A DNA stretch of 63,860 nucleotides, counting the filler, from Hausera hauseri (Eukaryota): NCBI GenBank assembly GCA_046269625.1. It is 12 parts of 12 records of this genome, joined end to end, with 100 filler letters (N's around TTAATTAATTAA, not from the genome) between each part and the next. Parts side by side here need not be neighbours in the genome. Positions count along the whole stretch, not along the records: positions 35,136 to 39,306 come from JBJURY010722769.1; positions 39,407 to 45,581 come from JBJURY010130206.1; positions 45,682 to 54,992 come from JBJURY010406589.1; 9 more parts are not named here. One strand, 5' to 3'. Shown here one piece after another: positions 38,301 through 48,621 of the stretch (its first letter is position 1; each line of letters opens with the position of its first letter). A program made the position numbers and the translations under genes. A model generated the notes under the pieces. It made no database searches. It was not told the origin of the DNA and saw only the letters and a list, made by a program, of their open reading frames with translations.

Positions 38301-39306
38301 TCCGCTACTTGATTTAGGTTTTTCTTCCTGGCCATGTTAGTATTCTTAGGTGCTATAGCATTTTCGTACTCCGTTTTTGGTTCTCTTAATCCATGATAAA
38401 CCTCCATTAGCTGCAACTTTTCTTTATAGTTTTTCATGGCCTTGATTATTTGTGGATTATTAGATTCGCCCATATTGCTTACATACCTTCGTAAATCCTG
38501 CATCTCGATAATTATGCTTATATCACCTCGTTTTCCATAGATGCCTTCCAAATTATCCTTTATCGTGCTAGCTTTACTGGTCTCTGAGAATGACACGTTT
38601 CGTGGATTAGGATATGATCTAGCTATATGTCCTTCCTTACCGCATGAATAACATATCAGATTCCCGTCTCGGCCGATTTTTTGTCTCCCGTCTTCGTTCA
38701 CTGGTGATCTGGATCTGCCTGTTATTTTGGTTTGAATTGGTTGAACTTGCTAATCGATTCCACTATTTCCATTTTCGAAACTTCGATTATCTATATACCA
38801 ATTCTTGTTGCTTAAGTCATTATTTTGGTTCCTATCCGAAATATAACCTGTTTTATTGTAGGAATTGTATGTGTTCTGATTATCACTAAAGTTCCTATTA
38901 TTATATCTTGTGCTGCGATTAGTGGCATTTTGAGCTCTATTCTCATAGCATCGACTCTTATTATTATTATTAAATCATTTATTGTTTCGGTTTCTATCCT
39001 GATTTTCGCGATCGTTATTTCGGTCATATCTATCACCCTGTCTGGCGTATTTATTTAGTGCCATTTTTAAGTTCTGAGTTAGCTGTAATGCAGCCTTAAA
39101 ATTGTCTGGTCGAGCTAAAATTAGTTGCTTAACTAAGTCTCTGGACCATATACAATTTATCCATTGAGTTGTCACCATGACATCTAAATTTGGCGGGCTG
39201 GCCTTTTCTGCCGCTTCGCGTTTCGCGTCTGTCTTTGCCTTCGTTGCATTAGCTATCCCTAACGTACTTACGTAACTATTCGCTAGCTTTTTTACTGCGA
39301 ATGCAA
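35304..39306 (-). pseudogene. gag: Very long Gypsy-type Gag (capsid C-terminus, R/D/N-rich region, zinc knuckle, helical region, ubiquitin-like domain, AT-hook)
   Basis: QWINCI...RPDNFKAALQL, ICYSCGKEGHIARS; coding-like continuity through stops and frameshifts to 35304. UBL at 35779-35571; KRPVGRPRK. Confidence 0.65.
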
Positions 39307-39406
39307 NNNNNNNNNNNNNNNNNNNNNNNNNNNNNNNNNNNNNNNNNNNNTTAATTAATTAANNNNNNNNNNNNNNNNNNNNNNNNNNNNNNNNNNNNNN
39401 NNNNNN
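39307..39406. other. Artificial contig linker
   Basis: N44-TTAATTAATTAA-N44. Confidence 0.99.
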
Positions 39407-40250
39407 ATGTAATTTCGTCTTATGTACCCTTGTTGACCGCACACATAGGATATTATGGGTTTTCTTTCCAGACAATTTCTGTTAATATGTCCTTCTTTCC
39501 CGCAACCAAAACATCTTGGTACGTGTTGGAGATTGCATGTCCGGCTTTTATGCCCGTCTTTCTTGCATGACCAGCATTTCATCATCCTCTTTGCATGCGT
39601 ATTGTGCAGTTTGAAATCCCTTCTTTCCTCTCTTGGTTTGGCAAATTTGTGCACTACCACATCCCGATAACTCCATCGACCATCTTTAGTGTATTCTCTT
39701 ACTTAATTTATCTCTTCCGTCTTAGTTGCCATTTCGTGAACTTTCTGTATTTTCGCTTTAATTTGTTTTACGTTTTTTTCGTCACTGCGGTAGATTTCTT
39801 TTCTCATCTCTGGATTGTCACAACGGTGGATCATCAGTTCCTCTGTTAGAGATTCCGCAGTTATTTTGTGGCTGAGGATGCCCTTCACCAGCTGTTCGAT
39901 TTTGTTGTAGGAGGCGGCCGGTTCGGCCCATTCATTCTGTAGTCCAGTGCTTCCCGCAGATCTCCGCACAGCGTTGTGAGTTTTTCAAAGGCTTTTCTCA
40001 ACCAATTTTGATAAACTCTCGCCTTCTGATTCACAAGCTGGTATTTTTCCTGTTCTTCGTCCGCCAACAGGCACAGGACCGCGGTTTCCCGATCCTACTC
40101 CTACATCTTTATGAAGTCGAAGTATCTCTCGCATTTTCCAATAAAGGTTGCCACGTTGTCACATTTTTAGAATTTTTTTGGCATCAAATTCTTCTCGAAG
40201 AAGTCTCTTCAAGCGTGGTTTGCCATGTTAGTAGATCGCGTTTCTACCAT
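39407..40250 (-). pseudogene. gag: Gypsy gag with three CCHC zinc knuckles (third degenerate)
   Basis: MVETRS start at 40250; CWSCKKDGHKSRTC, CFGCGKEGHINRNC, YVCGQQGYIRRNY. Confidence 0.8.
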
Positions 40251-40275
40251 TCCGATCTCAACGTCATTCGATGAT

Positions 40276-40457
40276 TGTATGATTGAACTCTGCATAAGAA
40301 ATTTATTACAAAAGATTTGTATAACAATTATCTCCTTCACTCATTAAATGATTTTTCTTTTCATCTTTTTTGAATTTCCTGACTTTATATAGGCTGTTCA
40401 TTGATTTAACTTTAAATTGAATTTAAACGTTAATATTCGCTTAAATTCCTCCTCACA
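40276..40457 (-). repeat. Probable 5' LTR of the preceding Gypsy element
   Basis: TG...CA ends with internal TATATAA and AATAAA, just upstream of the gag ATG. Confidence 0.55.
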
Positions 40458-41930
40458 GGGGAAAAATGGGGTTCTCCCTCACCCCGGGGGGAGGTAATCG
40501 ACAAAGGAATTTTCACATGTGCCAATTGATAGTGTATGCGGAGCACAATCGATCGGTAGTGTGCCAGACGACGGTGCCGCTAGGCACCGTTTCTAAGCAC
40601 ATTTTTGCACATTTGACAAATCGATCGCTTCACAGCACAGTATTCATCGAATCAATCGGGGCAAAGTGCTAGTCGATAGTGCACATCAGTGACCATCGAT
40701 GAGTGCATTGTACAGGTGTGCAGAAATAAATAATATCGGATTTCCGATAATTCCAGTATTGATGATTACGGCACCGCAACGGGTGCAATCGGTATCACAC
40801 ATGATGAACTGTGCCAATATGCAGTTAGAATTTAAATATACTGATTAATTCTCGAATAATTTCCAACTGAGGAAAAACTCGTATATGCCTTTCCGCTATA
40901 AAATAAAAATCGATAATATCGATCCGCGGCAAGCAGTTGTACGTAGTACACACTGTGAACTACCGATATGGAAATGCTCAAGGTGAAGGTACCTTGGATA
41001 CTGTTGCCAAGGCACTTTTTCTCTTTTTACATATTGGTCACTGGGCAGCGTAGGATTGATTGAATCGATCGGGGTTAAGTGCATGTGGATAGAGCACATC
41101 GAGATGCACCTTGATATACACTATGCAGATGCGCAGCACATGTGCAAGTGTGCAAAAATCAATAATATCGGATTTCCGATATTTCCAATATTGATGATTC
41201 GGACATGTGACCGGATGGGATCGATTGGAAACAAGGTGCAGTATATAAATGTGCAGTTAGAATTTAAATTTATCGATTAGATTTCGAATAATATCGATGC
41301 AAAGTGCAACTGAGAGAGAACCCGCATATGTTTTTAGGCCCTAAGGTAGGAAAATACGATATTATAATTAGCGGGGATAGATAGGAAATCGACTATGGCG
41401 ATCTCGAATCTCGAGTTGGATATACAAAATTCAAAAAATCTTTGGCCCAATTATCGAATATCGAACTATTCGAAAAATCTAACAGCGGAAGTCGATTCCT
41501 CATATATGAAAGCCCCCTTATGCATAAAAATTATTCCATGAAAATGTACTACATAAATATATAATCATTATTTCGAATTAAGCAAAATGTGTTTTTAAAG
41601 CCCAATGAAACGAAAATCAATAAATCTATAAGCGGGACGGGATAGGAAGTCATGTGGGTAGAATTTGAATCTTGTGTTAGATATTTAAATTCGAGCTTTC
41701 AAGTCAAATACTTTGCTATTCGAACTAGAATATTCGATCAAGCATGCATTATTCGAAGAATTTAATGACGTTATTCGATTCCCCATATAGGAAAACCTTA
41801 AATTTGGCGCCGTCTTCTATTTAATTTAATTCATGCAATAAAACAAAAAGCACATTAAACTGATCAATAAGCGAGGCAGTACATGGTGATATGGCAAAAA
41901 ATTTCATTATTTCCAAAACCACTTCAACGA
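40458..41930 (+). repeat. Terminal (TIR-like) non-coding region with about 430-nt and 260-nt internal tandem units and hairpins
   Basis: AATAATATCGGATTTCCGATA...GCAGTTAGAATTTAAA recurs at about 40729 and 41161; AGCGGG..GATAGGAA recurs at about 41370 and 41631. Confidence 0.75.
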
Positions 41931-44900
41931 ATGGCGAGTTTTTTAATTGTGCGCCTCAAAATAATTGGTTGATTTTTAGATGTGCAAACTTCACAGCGAA
42001 TGTTTGTCTCAAATCAGCAAGCCTGAAAATTGCCACAGTATTATGAAAAAGTACTTTGGCCATCTATACAACAGGGTTCAGTATTATATATTAACTACAT
42101 GTAAAGTAGTGTGCCAAACCAATTATGAAGACTTTGACAATGTACATAAACAGCACTTGATTTCCTTCACCAAGTCGAAAAAACAAATATGCAGTACCAA
42201 TATGCCAATAACGACTTTCGTGCCAAAGGAAAATCAAAGATGCAGTTCATATGTGTATTGCACATGTATAATACACAACCCTCAGAATTGCCACAATACC
42301 ATGAGGAGCTATTATGGACACAAATTCAATAGGATCACTTATTATATTTGCTCAGGATGTGAGGCTGTATGTGATGAAGAATACATACAGTTTTATAATG
42401 ATCACAAACATCATTTGACTGACTTCACATAAAAGTCAAAGAAGATCATCTTTAATGAACATAAGCCAGTTGCACAGCCTGTAGTACAGCCAGATGCAGG
42501 GCTAAAACGCGCATCAGGCGCATCAGGCGTAGCGGCTCCAACAAAAAGTCAAAGACAGCGGCCAGTTGATGCTACAGTATTAAAGAGGAAATCTGCAAAT
42601 ATGTCATTGATGCAACTGGTTAAAGAACCATCAAGGAGTTCCTGGAGTACACAGAAGAAGAAACAGAGGGAGTTCTCTAGGACAACATAGTTGAGCTCGA
42701 GGCCATTAAGGCTAATATGAAATTGGAGGCCACATACATCAATGTTGATGACGAAGAGTTCAAAAGTGCCTTCAAGACCACAAGTAGACCCATTTTTGAA
42801 GCCACCAATATAGTAGAATGGTTGCATGAAGAGCATGCAAAGCTGAACCGTGAAGCCGATGACAGCCAGAGTAAGAAGAACGGATGGACTCTGGCAACCG
42901 TCAAGAGATTGCTTGTGTATGTTCACGAGTATTCTCCCATGAGGGGTAGTTCATATATCTAGCTTCCGGAATGGATCGCTAAAAAAGCATGTGTCAATGT
43001 CCATGAAAAAGACAACAAGTGTTTCATGTATGCCATTTTACGTAAACTCGTACGGGATCAAAAACATGCAGCAGTACTATGACTTCCAATGTATTAAGTT
43101 CCCTCCATCCTTAGATAAAATTAAGAATTTCAGCCGAATCAACAACATATCCATCAGCATCATTGGATTGGATGAGGAGGACAAATTCTATCCCTTGCAG
43201 ATATATGATACTGAATTGGAAGATCATATGGATCTGCTCCTATTAGACGATAGAGAAAAGAAACATTATGTTTGGATCAAGAACTTTAAGCGTCTAGTCA
43301 CATCCAAAATTACGAAACATAAGGAAAGAATCGAAATATGTAAACGATGCTTTTCCAATTTGAGTGGGGATTCAGCAGTGGATAAGCTTGCAGCGCACAA
43401 GATGTACTGCAGCAACAAATACTGTGTGAGGGCAGAATTTCCCAAGGAAGACTATATTGCATTCATGGAGTTCGAGAAGAAGATCAAGGTCCCAATATCT
43501 ATTGCAACTTTGAAGCTATTCGTCGGCCAATTCACAGCTGCACTGCCAGTCCTCAACATAGCGGCACAACGGCATACCAATATCATGAACTCTCATCGTA
43601 TTGCATGTATGCCAAAGGACTAGACAATGAATCATTTCTATTCAGGGTCCAGGCGCAGCAGCACATTTTATGAAACGACTTGAAGATATGGCTCATAGGC
43701 TTGAAAACATGCTTCAGCAGCATAAGGAAACATTGAGCATGTTGTGAAAACAAGCAGAAGAATGGCGCAAGGCAACAACATGTTACTTGTGCGACAAGTC
43801 CTTCATCAAGGAGAATCATAAAGTTAAGAATCACTGCCATTTTACAAGTGCACATCGAAGGGCTGCATGCAATAACTGCAATCTTCGCCGCAAAACATGC
43901 ACATATGTGCCTGTAGTGTTCCATAATCTCAGTGGCTATGATTTCCATTTCATAGTCCTAGAATTAGGCAACATTAATAATAATATAGATGTGATAACCA
44001 ACAGTGAGGAGAAATATATCGCCTTCACCAAGTATGTTGGGAAAATCAGACAGCTTCCGTTTCATGTCGTCTTCATTGGACAGTTTAACGAAGAACGTCC
44101 CTGCAAAAAAACTCAAGGAGACGAAGCGATTCTTTTCCATTACCTTTGACCTCGTTAAGAAGAAAGGCGTGTTTCCCTATGACTATATAACCTCATGGGA
44201 AACACTGGATGAGACTTCATTGCCGGCCAAGAAGGACGTTTACAATATCCTCTCTCACTGCGATATCTGTTATGCTGACTACCATCATGCCCAGAACGTC
44301 TGACATGCATTTCAATGCCGAACAATAGGACAATACAGCGACACATACATCAAGACGGACGTGCTGCTTCTGACAGATGTCTTTGAGAGTTTCAGAGATG
44401 TTACAATGAAGAACCATGCTTTGTATCCGGCTCATTTCTTTACGGCTCCAAGAATGAGCTAAGCAGCAATGCTGCGATATACGGGCATAATGCTGCAGAT
44501 CATTAAGGATTACGACATGATCCTTATGATCGTGGGAGGCATTAGAGGCGGAATATGCCAGGACATTCACCGGTATAGTGAGGCCAATAACAAGTATATG
44601 GCCGAATACTACTCAAGAAAAGAATCATCATATATATCATACCCGGATGCCAACAACTTGTATGGATGGATAATGGGCGCCCCATTGACATATGATAATT
44701 TCAAATGGGTCCAGAATCCCCAAAACATCCCTATATTGGACCTAGATCCCACTGGAGATACGGGATACATACTGGAGGTAGATATGGAATATCTGGAATT
44801 TATCCACGCAAAGCATCAACAGCTACCTTTCCTCCGTGAGAGCAGGCCTCCGCCCCATGGAAAGCAGAGAAAACTGCTATGTCATCTGGGTAATAGGGAG

Positions 44901-45581
44901 AGGTATGTAGTCCACTACATCAATCTCCAGCAGGCAGTTAGACATGGACTGCGTATTACCAAGATCCATAGAGCCCTCCAGTTCAGCCGCCCATGTGGCT
45001 GCAGTCATACATAGATCTCAATACGNNNNNNNNNNAACGACTTTGGGAAGGACCAGTTCAAGCTTTACAACAACCTGGTCTTAGGCAAGACCATGGAAAA
45101 TATCCGCAACAGGATCAACATTAAGCTAGTATGTGACTGGAAGCGGGCAAAGAAGCTTATTGCCAAGACTAACTTGCATAGCAGCACCATATATACTGAG
45201 AACTTGGTAGGAATCCATATGCTGAAAACAGAATTGGTATTCAACGAGCGCATATATGTGGGTATCGCAATCCTCGACCTGTCAAAGACCCTGATGTGTT
45301 ATTTCCACTACATTATGGTCCCCAAGTACAATTCCATGCATCTGATGTATATAGATACTGGCAGTTTTATCTATCAGATCAATACAGAGGATATTTATGA
45401 GTAATTTGCCAAATTGGCTTAACACATGGATATCTCGGACTATGCGAAGGATAATCCCAACTATTCAATTGCCAATAAGAAAGTCCTAGAGAAATTTAAA
45501 GACGAAATGAATGGGACAATACGATCGAGATTAGTGGCTCTCAGATCTAAAATGTATGTTGTACATGTATGTGGCCAAGGA
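41931..45581 (+). pseudogene. Protein-primed DNA polymerase B (tandem Cys/His domain, terminal-protein-like region, vOTU-like, exonuclease with EndoVII-like insert, polymerase)
   Basis: GSSYI.LP, DNKCF...HYVWIK, NHCHFT...CNNCNL, FHNLSGYD, KGVFPYDY, DANNLYG, KLYNN..LGKTMEN, YIDTGS, KFKDE, LRSKMY. 10-N scaffold gap at 45026-45035. Confidence 0.92.
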
Positions 45582-45681
45582 NNNNNNNNNNNNNNNNNNN
45601 NNNNNNNNNNNNNNNNNNNNNNNNNTTAATTAATTAANNNNNNNNNNNNNNNNNNNNNNNNNNNNNNNNNNNNNNNNNNNN
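45582..45681. other. Artificial contig linker
   Basis: N44-TTAATTAATTAA-N44. Confidence 0.99.
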
Positions 45682-45896
45682 TCACTCAAGGAATGAATAT
45701 CCAGATTATATCCAGAAATGTTCCGTTCTCCTCTGTACTGGAGGATCTCATCTCAGTGCATGGACTCCGTAGTTCGGAGAGAACCTCCCTTCATGGTAGA
45801 TTTTAATTAGAATGTTCCTAGTGCAGCGGTCGCTAGATTTCTTCCTAATCAGGAGAATTAATTAACAGAACAACAAAAAGAAAAAAAGAGAGAAAA

Positions 45897-45979
45897 GGCT
45901 CACTCAGCTTGCAGTGAGATTCGAACCTTAGACCAACATCACCAGAGGTGGACACCATACCTCGAGACTACTCAGCCCC
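45897..45979 (-). ncRNA. tRNA-derived Pol III unit (SINE head or tRNA pseudogene)
   Basis: GGGGC start, A-box-like TAGTCTCGAGG, B-box GGTTCGAATC, then T-runs; cloverleaf incomplete. Confidence 0.5.
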
Positions 45980-46020
45980 GTGATCAATAATCAGCCTCTA
46001 AAAAGGATCCATTTACTAAC

Positions 46021-46092
46021 CTTCTGTAGTTGTCAGATTTATTGTTTTATTACAGTCTTCTGTAGTTGTCAGATTTATTGTTTTATTACAGT
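46021..46092. repeat. Perfect 36-bp tandem duplication (DCNKTINLTTTE x2)
   Basis: cttctgtagttgtcagatttattgttttattacagt occurs twice in tandem. Confidence 0.95.
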
Positions 46093-46386
46093 CAATGTCG
46101 TATCCACCTGCGTCTTGTATCTTAAACTGAATGGCGTACGATATTTTCGGTTGTAATCCAAAGACTGTAAAATTCATTGACTTTGACAGGAAGATTGTAT
46201 ATTCAAGCTTGGAAACGGACGCCATGCATGTGAAAGACGAGCTTTTTCTATTGGTACAGTTGCTGATGGGGTAGAGTGTCATCATGACTGAACTTCTGAC
46301 TTCACCAGGTTCTAAAGAGAGCGTCGTGGCATTATGTGACGCTGAGATTATCGTGGCATTAACCGGGCAACTTGGCAGCGCAGAAT
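46021..46386 (-). CDS. Fibronectin type III domain exon (phase 1-1) of a host cell-surface protein
   Basis: ttcAG|ATTCTGCG...GAAG|GTtagt, 366 nt; PSCPVNATI...FTVFGLQPKISYAIQF; many N-glycosylation sequons. Confidence 0.65.
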
Positions 46387-46542
46387 CTGAATTATTAAAA
46401 ACGAAATGATAAGCTTAGAGTTAAATGCACATTAAGTATAAGATTCAAAAACATTTAAATAGTTGACACATAATAAGAATATTCTATTTCTCATGACAGC
46501 ATACTTGTTTCTTCTAGCTTTTATCTCTATTTTAATTTTAGA

Positions 46543-48621
46543 ATGCTGTTTTCCAAATATTTCCAAATTACAAAACATTTCGTCAAACGTAACTTTATTC
46601 ATTTACCGGTCAGTATTTCAACCGATGTTCAACATGCAATATTCAACAAAAATCCAATTGTAGCTTTGGAGAGTGCCGTGATTACTCATGGGATGCCATG
46701 GCCAGAGAATTTCGAAATTGCAATGGAATTGCAAAGTATAATTTCATCAAAAGGTGCTACACCAGCAACAATCGGAGTGTTACATGGGAAATTAAAAGCC
46801 GGATTTTCTACACATGAACTGGAACTATTTTCCAAATCTGTAATAACTGGAAAACCACTAAAAGTATCACGACACAACATTTACAATCATAAGCAAATGG
46901 AATTTGGCGGTACTACGGTATCTGGTACAATGATTGTTTCCAGACTTATTGGAATAGATATTTTTGCTACTGGGGGAATTGGCGGTGTGCACAGAAACGT
47001 GGAAAAAACAATGGATATCAGTGCTGACTTACGGGAACTTGGAAGGTCCCAAATCTGTGTCGTTTCATCTGGTATTAAATCAATTCTGGACATTCAGAAA
47101 ACATTAGAATATTTGGAAACAGAAGGGGTTTATGTTTGTACTTTAGGATCGAAAGAATTTCCCGGTTTTTTCGTAAAGTCTAGCGGACTGGTATCTCCAA
47201 ATTCGATTTATTCATTGCAGTCGGCTGCCGAATTAATTCAAGAAATGAAGACCTTAAATATCCAATCAGGTATGTTATTGGCTGTTCCAATTCCGGATAG
47301 TTTGGAAAAAAATGGCGAGGTTCTTCAAAATTCAATTGATATAGCTTTGAAAGAAGTCTCAGAAAAGAAAATTTGTGGAGCGGCTGTAACGCCTTTTCTC
47401 TTAAATCGAGTAGTTGAATTAACAAATGGAAAATCACTGATACTGAACAAAAGTCTTCTAAAGCATAATTCTGCAGTTGCAGCAGATATCGCCATTGAAT
47501 TAAGCAAAGTAACTAAGGAAATCTATACAGAAAAATTACGGGAAAAAACATTTGCAGTTGTTGGAGCTAGTATTTTAGACACGAATTCAAAGCTTGAGGA
47601 TCAATCGGTAACTTCCTTACAGACGATTGTCAAAGGAGGAACCTATGAATGTAATTCAATTGAAACATGTGGAGGAGTAGGACGAAACATGGCCGAAACG
47701 TTTTCAAAACTGGGCGAGAACTGTCTATTTTATTCAGTAATTGGAAATGACATCAAAGCAATTTATCTCATTGAAAATTCAAAACCCTTGGATTTTCAAT
47801 TTGTATTACGGGATAATGAACATGGTACATCAAATTGTACAGTAATAATGCTTGCTAATAATGATGTTCTTCTCCACACAGGCAATCTGAAATCATGCAG
47901 TAAAATAACACCAACCTACCTCGACACGAATATGGCAAAAGTACTCGACAAAATTGATATAATTGCCATGGATTTGAATGTGAATAAAAGTACATTGAAA
48001 TACATTATCGAAATGGCCAAATCAAGAAATATCAAGACAATACTGGAACCAACCGATGTACGACTAGTTCATAAAGCGGTGGACGTGATTCTGGAACTAT
48101 CACCGACTATTAACGGACCAATAGATATTATTTCTCCGAATATTTACGAATTCGTCGAAGTCATTAATTTGTTGGGTAAAAACAAAACGAATCTCATTTT
48201 GGAAAACGTCGAAACCCACCCGGATGATGTGTTTGCACAAATAAAAAGTACGTTTTCACAAACAAATCTGTTAGACATTATTCCCATTTGGATCATAAAA
48301 TTCAATCGATTTGGGATCATTTTCGTGTCAAAGGATGAATCGTTTTGGTTACGGCAATCGTCGTCTCTAATACAAAACAACATGATAGTGAGTGCATCTG
48401 GTGCCGGTGACTGTGCACTCTCCTGTGCAGTCTATTTGCGATATAGACAGAATCTATCGTGGGAAGAAAGCATTGCCGGGAGTATAAGAATTGCTCTGGA
48501 ATCGCTACAAAGTTCTAAAACGGTACCAGAGTCGATTAAGCCAGAAAACTATTCTAAACCACAAATTTTAGAGTGGATTCGAGATTCTTACAATAAGAAT
48601 GTGATAATTCTCCATAAATAG
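46543..48621 (+). CDS. Bifunctional pseudouridine-5'-phosphate glycosidase (PsuG/IndA) - pseudouridine kinase (PfkB) fusion, 692 aa
   Basis: VALESAVITHGMPWPEN, TTVSGTM, FATGGIGGVHR, DISADLRELG; PfkB motifs GGVGRN and SGAGDC. Intact and intronless. Confidence 0.95.
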   Translation: MLFSKYFQITKHFVKRNFIHLPVSISTDVQHAIFNKNPIVALESAVITHGMPWPENFEIAMELQSIISSKGATPATIGVLHGKLKAGFSTHELELFSKSVITGKPLKVSRHNIYNHKQMEFGGTTVSGTMIVSRLIGIDIFATGGIGGVHRNVEKTMDISADLRELGRSQICVVSSGIKSILDIQKTLEYLETEGVYVCTLGSKEFPGFFVKSSGLVSPNSIYSLQSAAELIQEMKTLNIQSGMLLAVPIPDSLEKNGEVLQNSIDIALKEVSEKKICGAAVTPFLLNRVVELTNGKSLILNKSLLKHNSAVAADIAIELSKVTKEIYTEKLREKTFAVVGASILDTNSKLEDQSVTSLQTIVKGGTYECNSIETCGGVGRNMAETFSKLGENCLFYSVIGNDIKAIYLIENSKPLDFQFVLRDNEHGTSNCTVIMLANNDVLLHTGNLKSCSKITPTYLDTNMAKVLDKIDIIAMDLNVNKSTLKYIIEMAKSRNIKTILEPTDVRLVHKAVDVILELSPTINGPIDIISPNIYEFVEVINLLGKNKTNLILENVETHPDDVFAQIKSTFSQTNLLDIIPIWIIKFNRFGIIFVSKDESFWLRQSSSLIQNNMIVSASGAGDCALSCAVYLRYRQNLSWEESIAGSIRIALESLQSSKTVPESIKPENYSKPQILEWIRDSYNKNVIILHK

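Larger units (their letters stand above)
40458..45581 (+). mobile_element. Polinton/Maverick (adintovirus-like) pPolB element, copy 1
   Basis: Repeat-rich terminus 40458-41930 shared with two other copies, followed by a decayed pPolB gene. Confidence 0.85.

Noticed and set aside
41056-41280. Short ORFs INNIGFPI.PILMI...VQLEFK recurring at 41056, 49582 and 52072
   Set aside because: They arise from the repeated terminal units. Other units are interrupted, starts are not conserved, and conservation tracks palindromes rather than codons.
46543-48621. Bacterial psuG/psuK operon or recent horizontal transfer
   Set aside because: A single fused PsuG-then-kinase ORF with an N-terminal extension is the known eukaryotic arrangement, and its composition matches the host.
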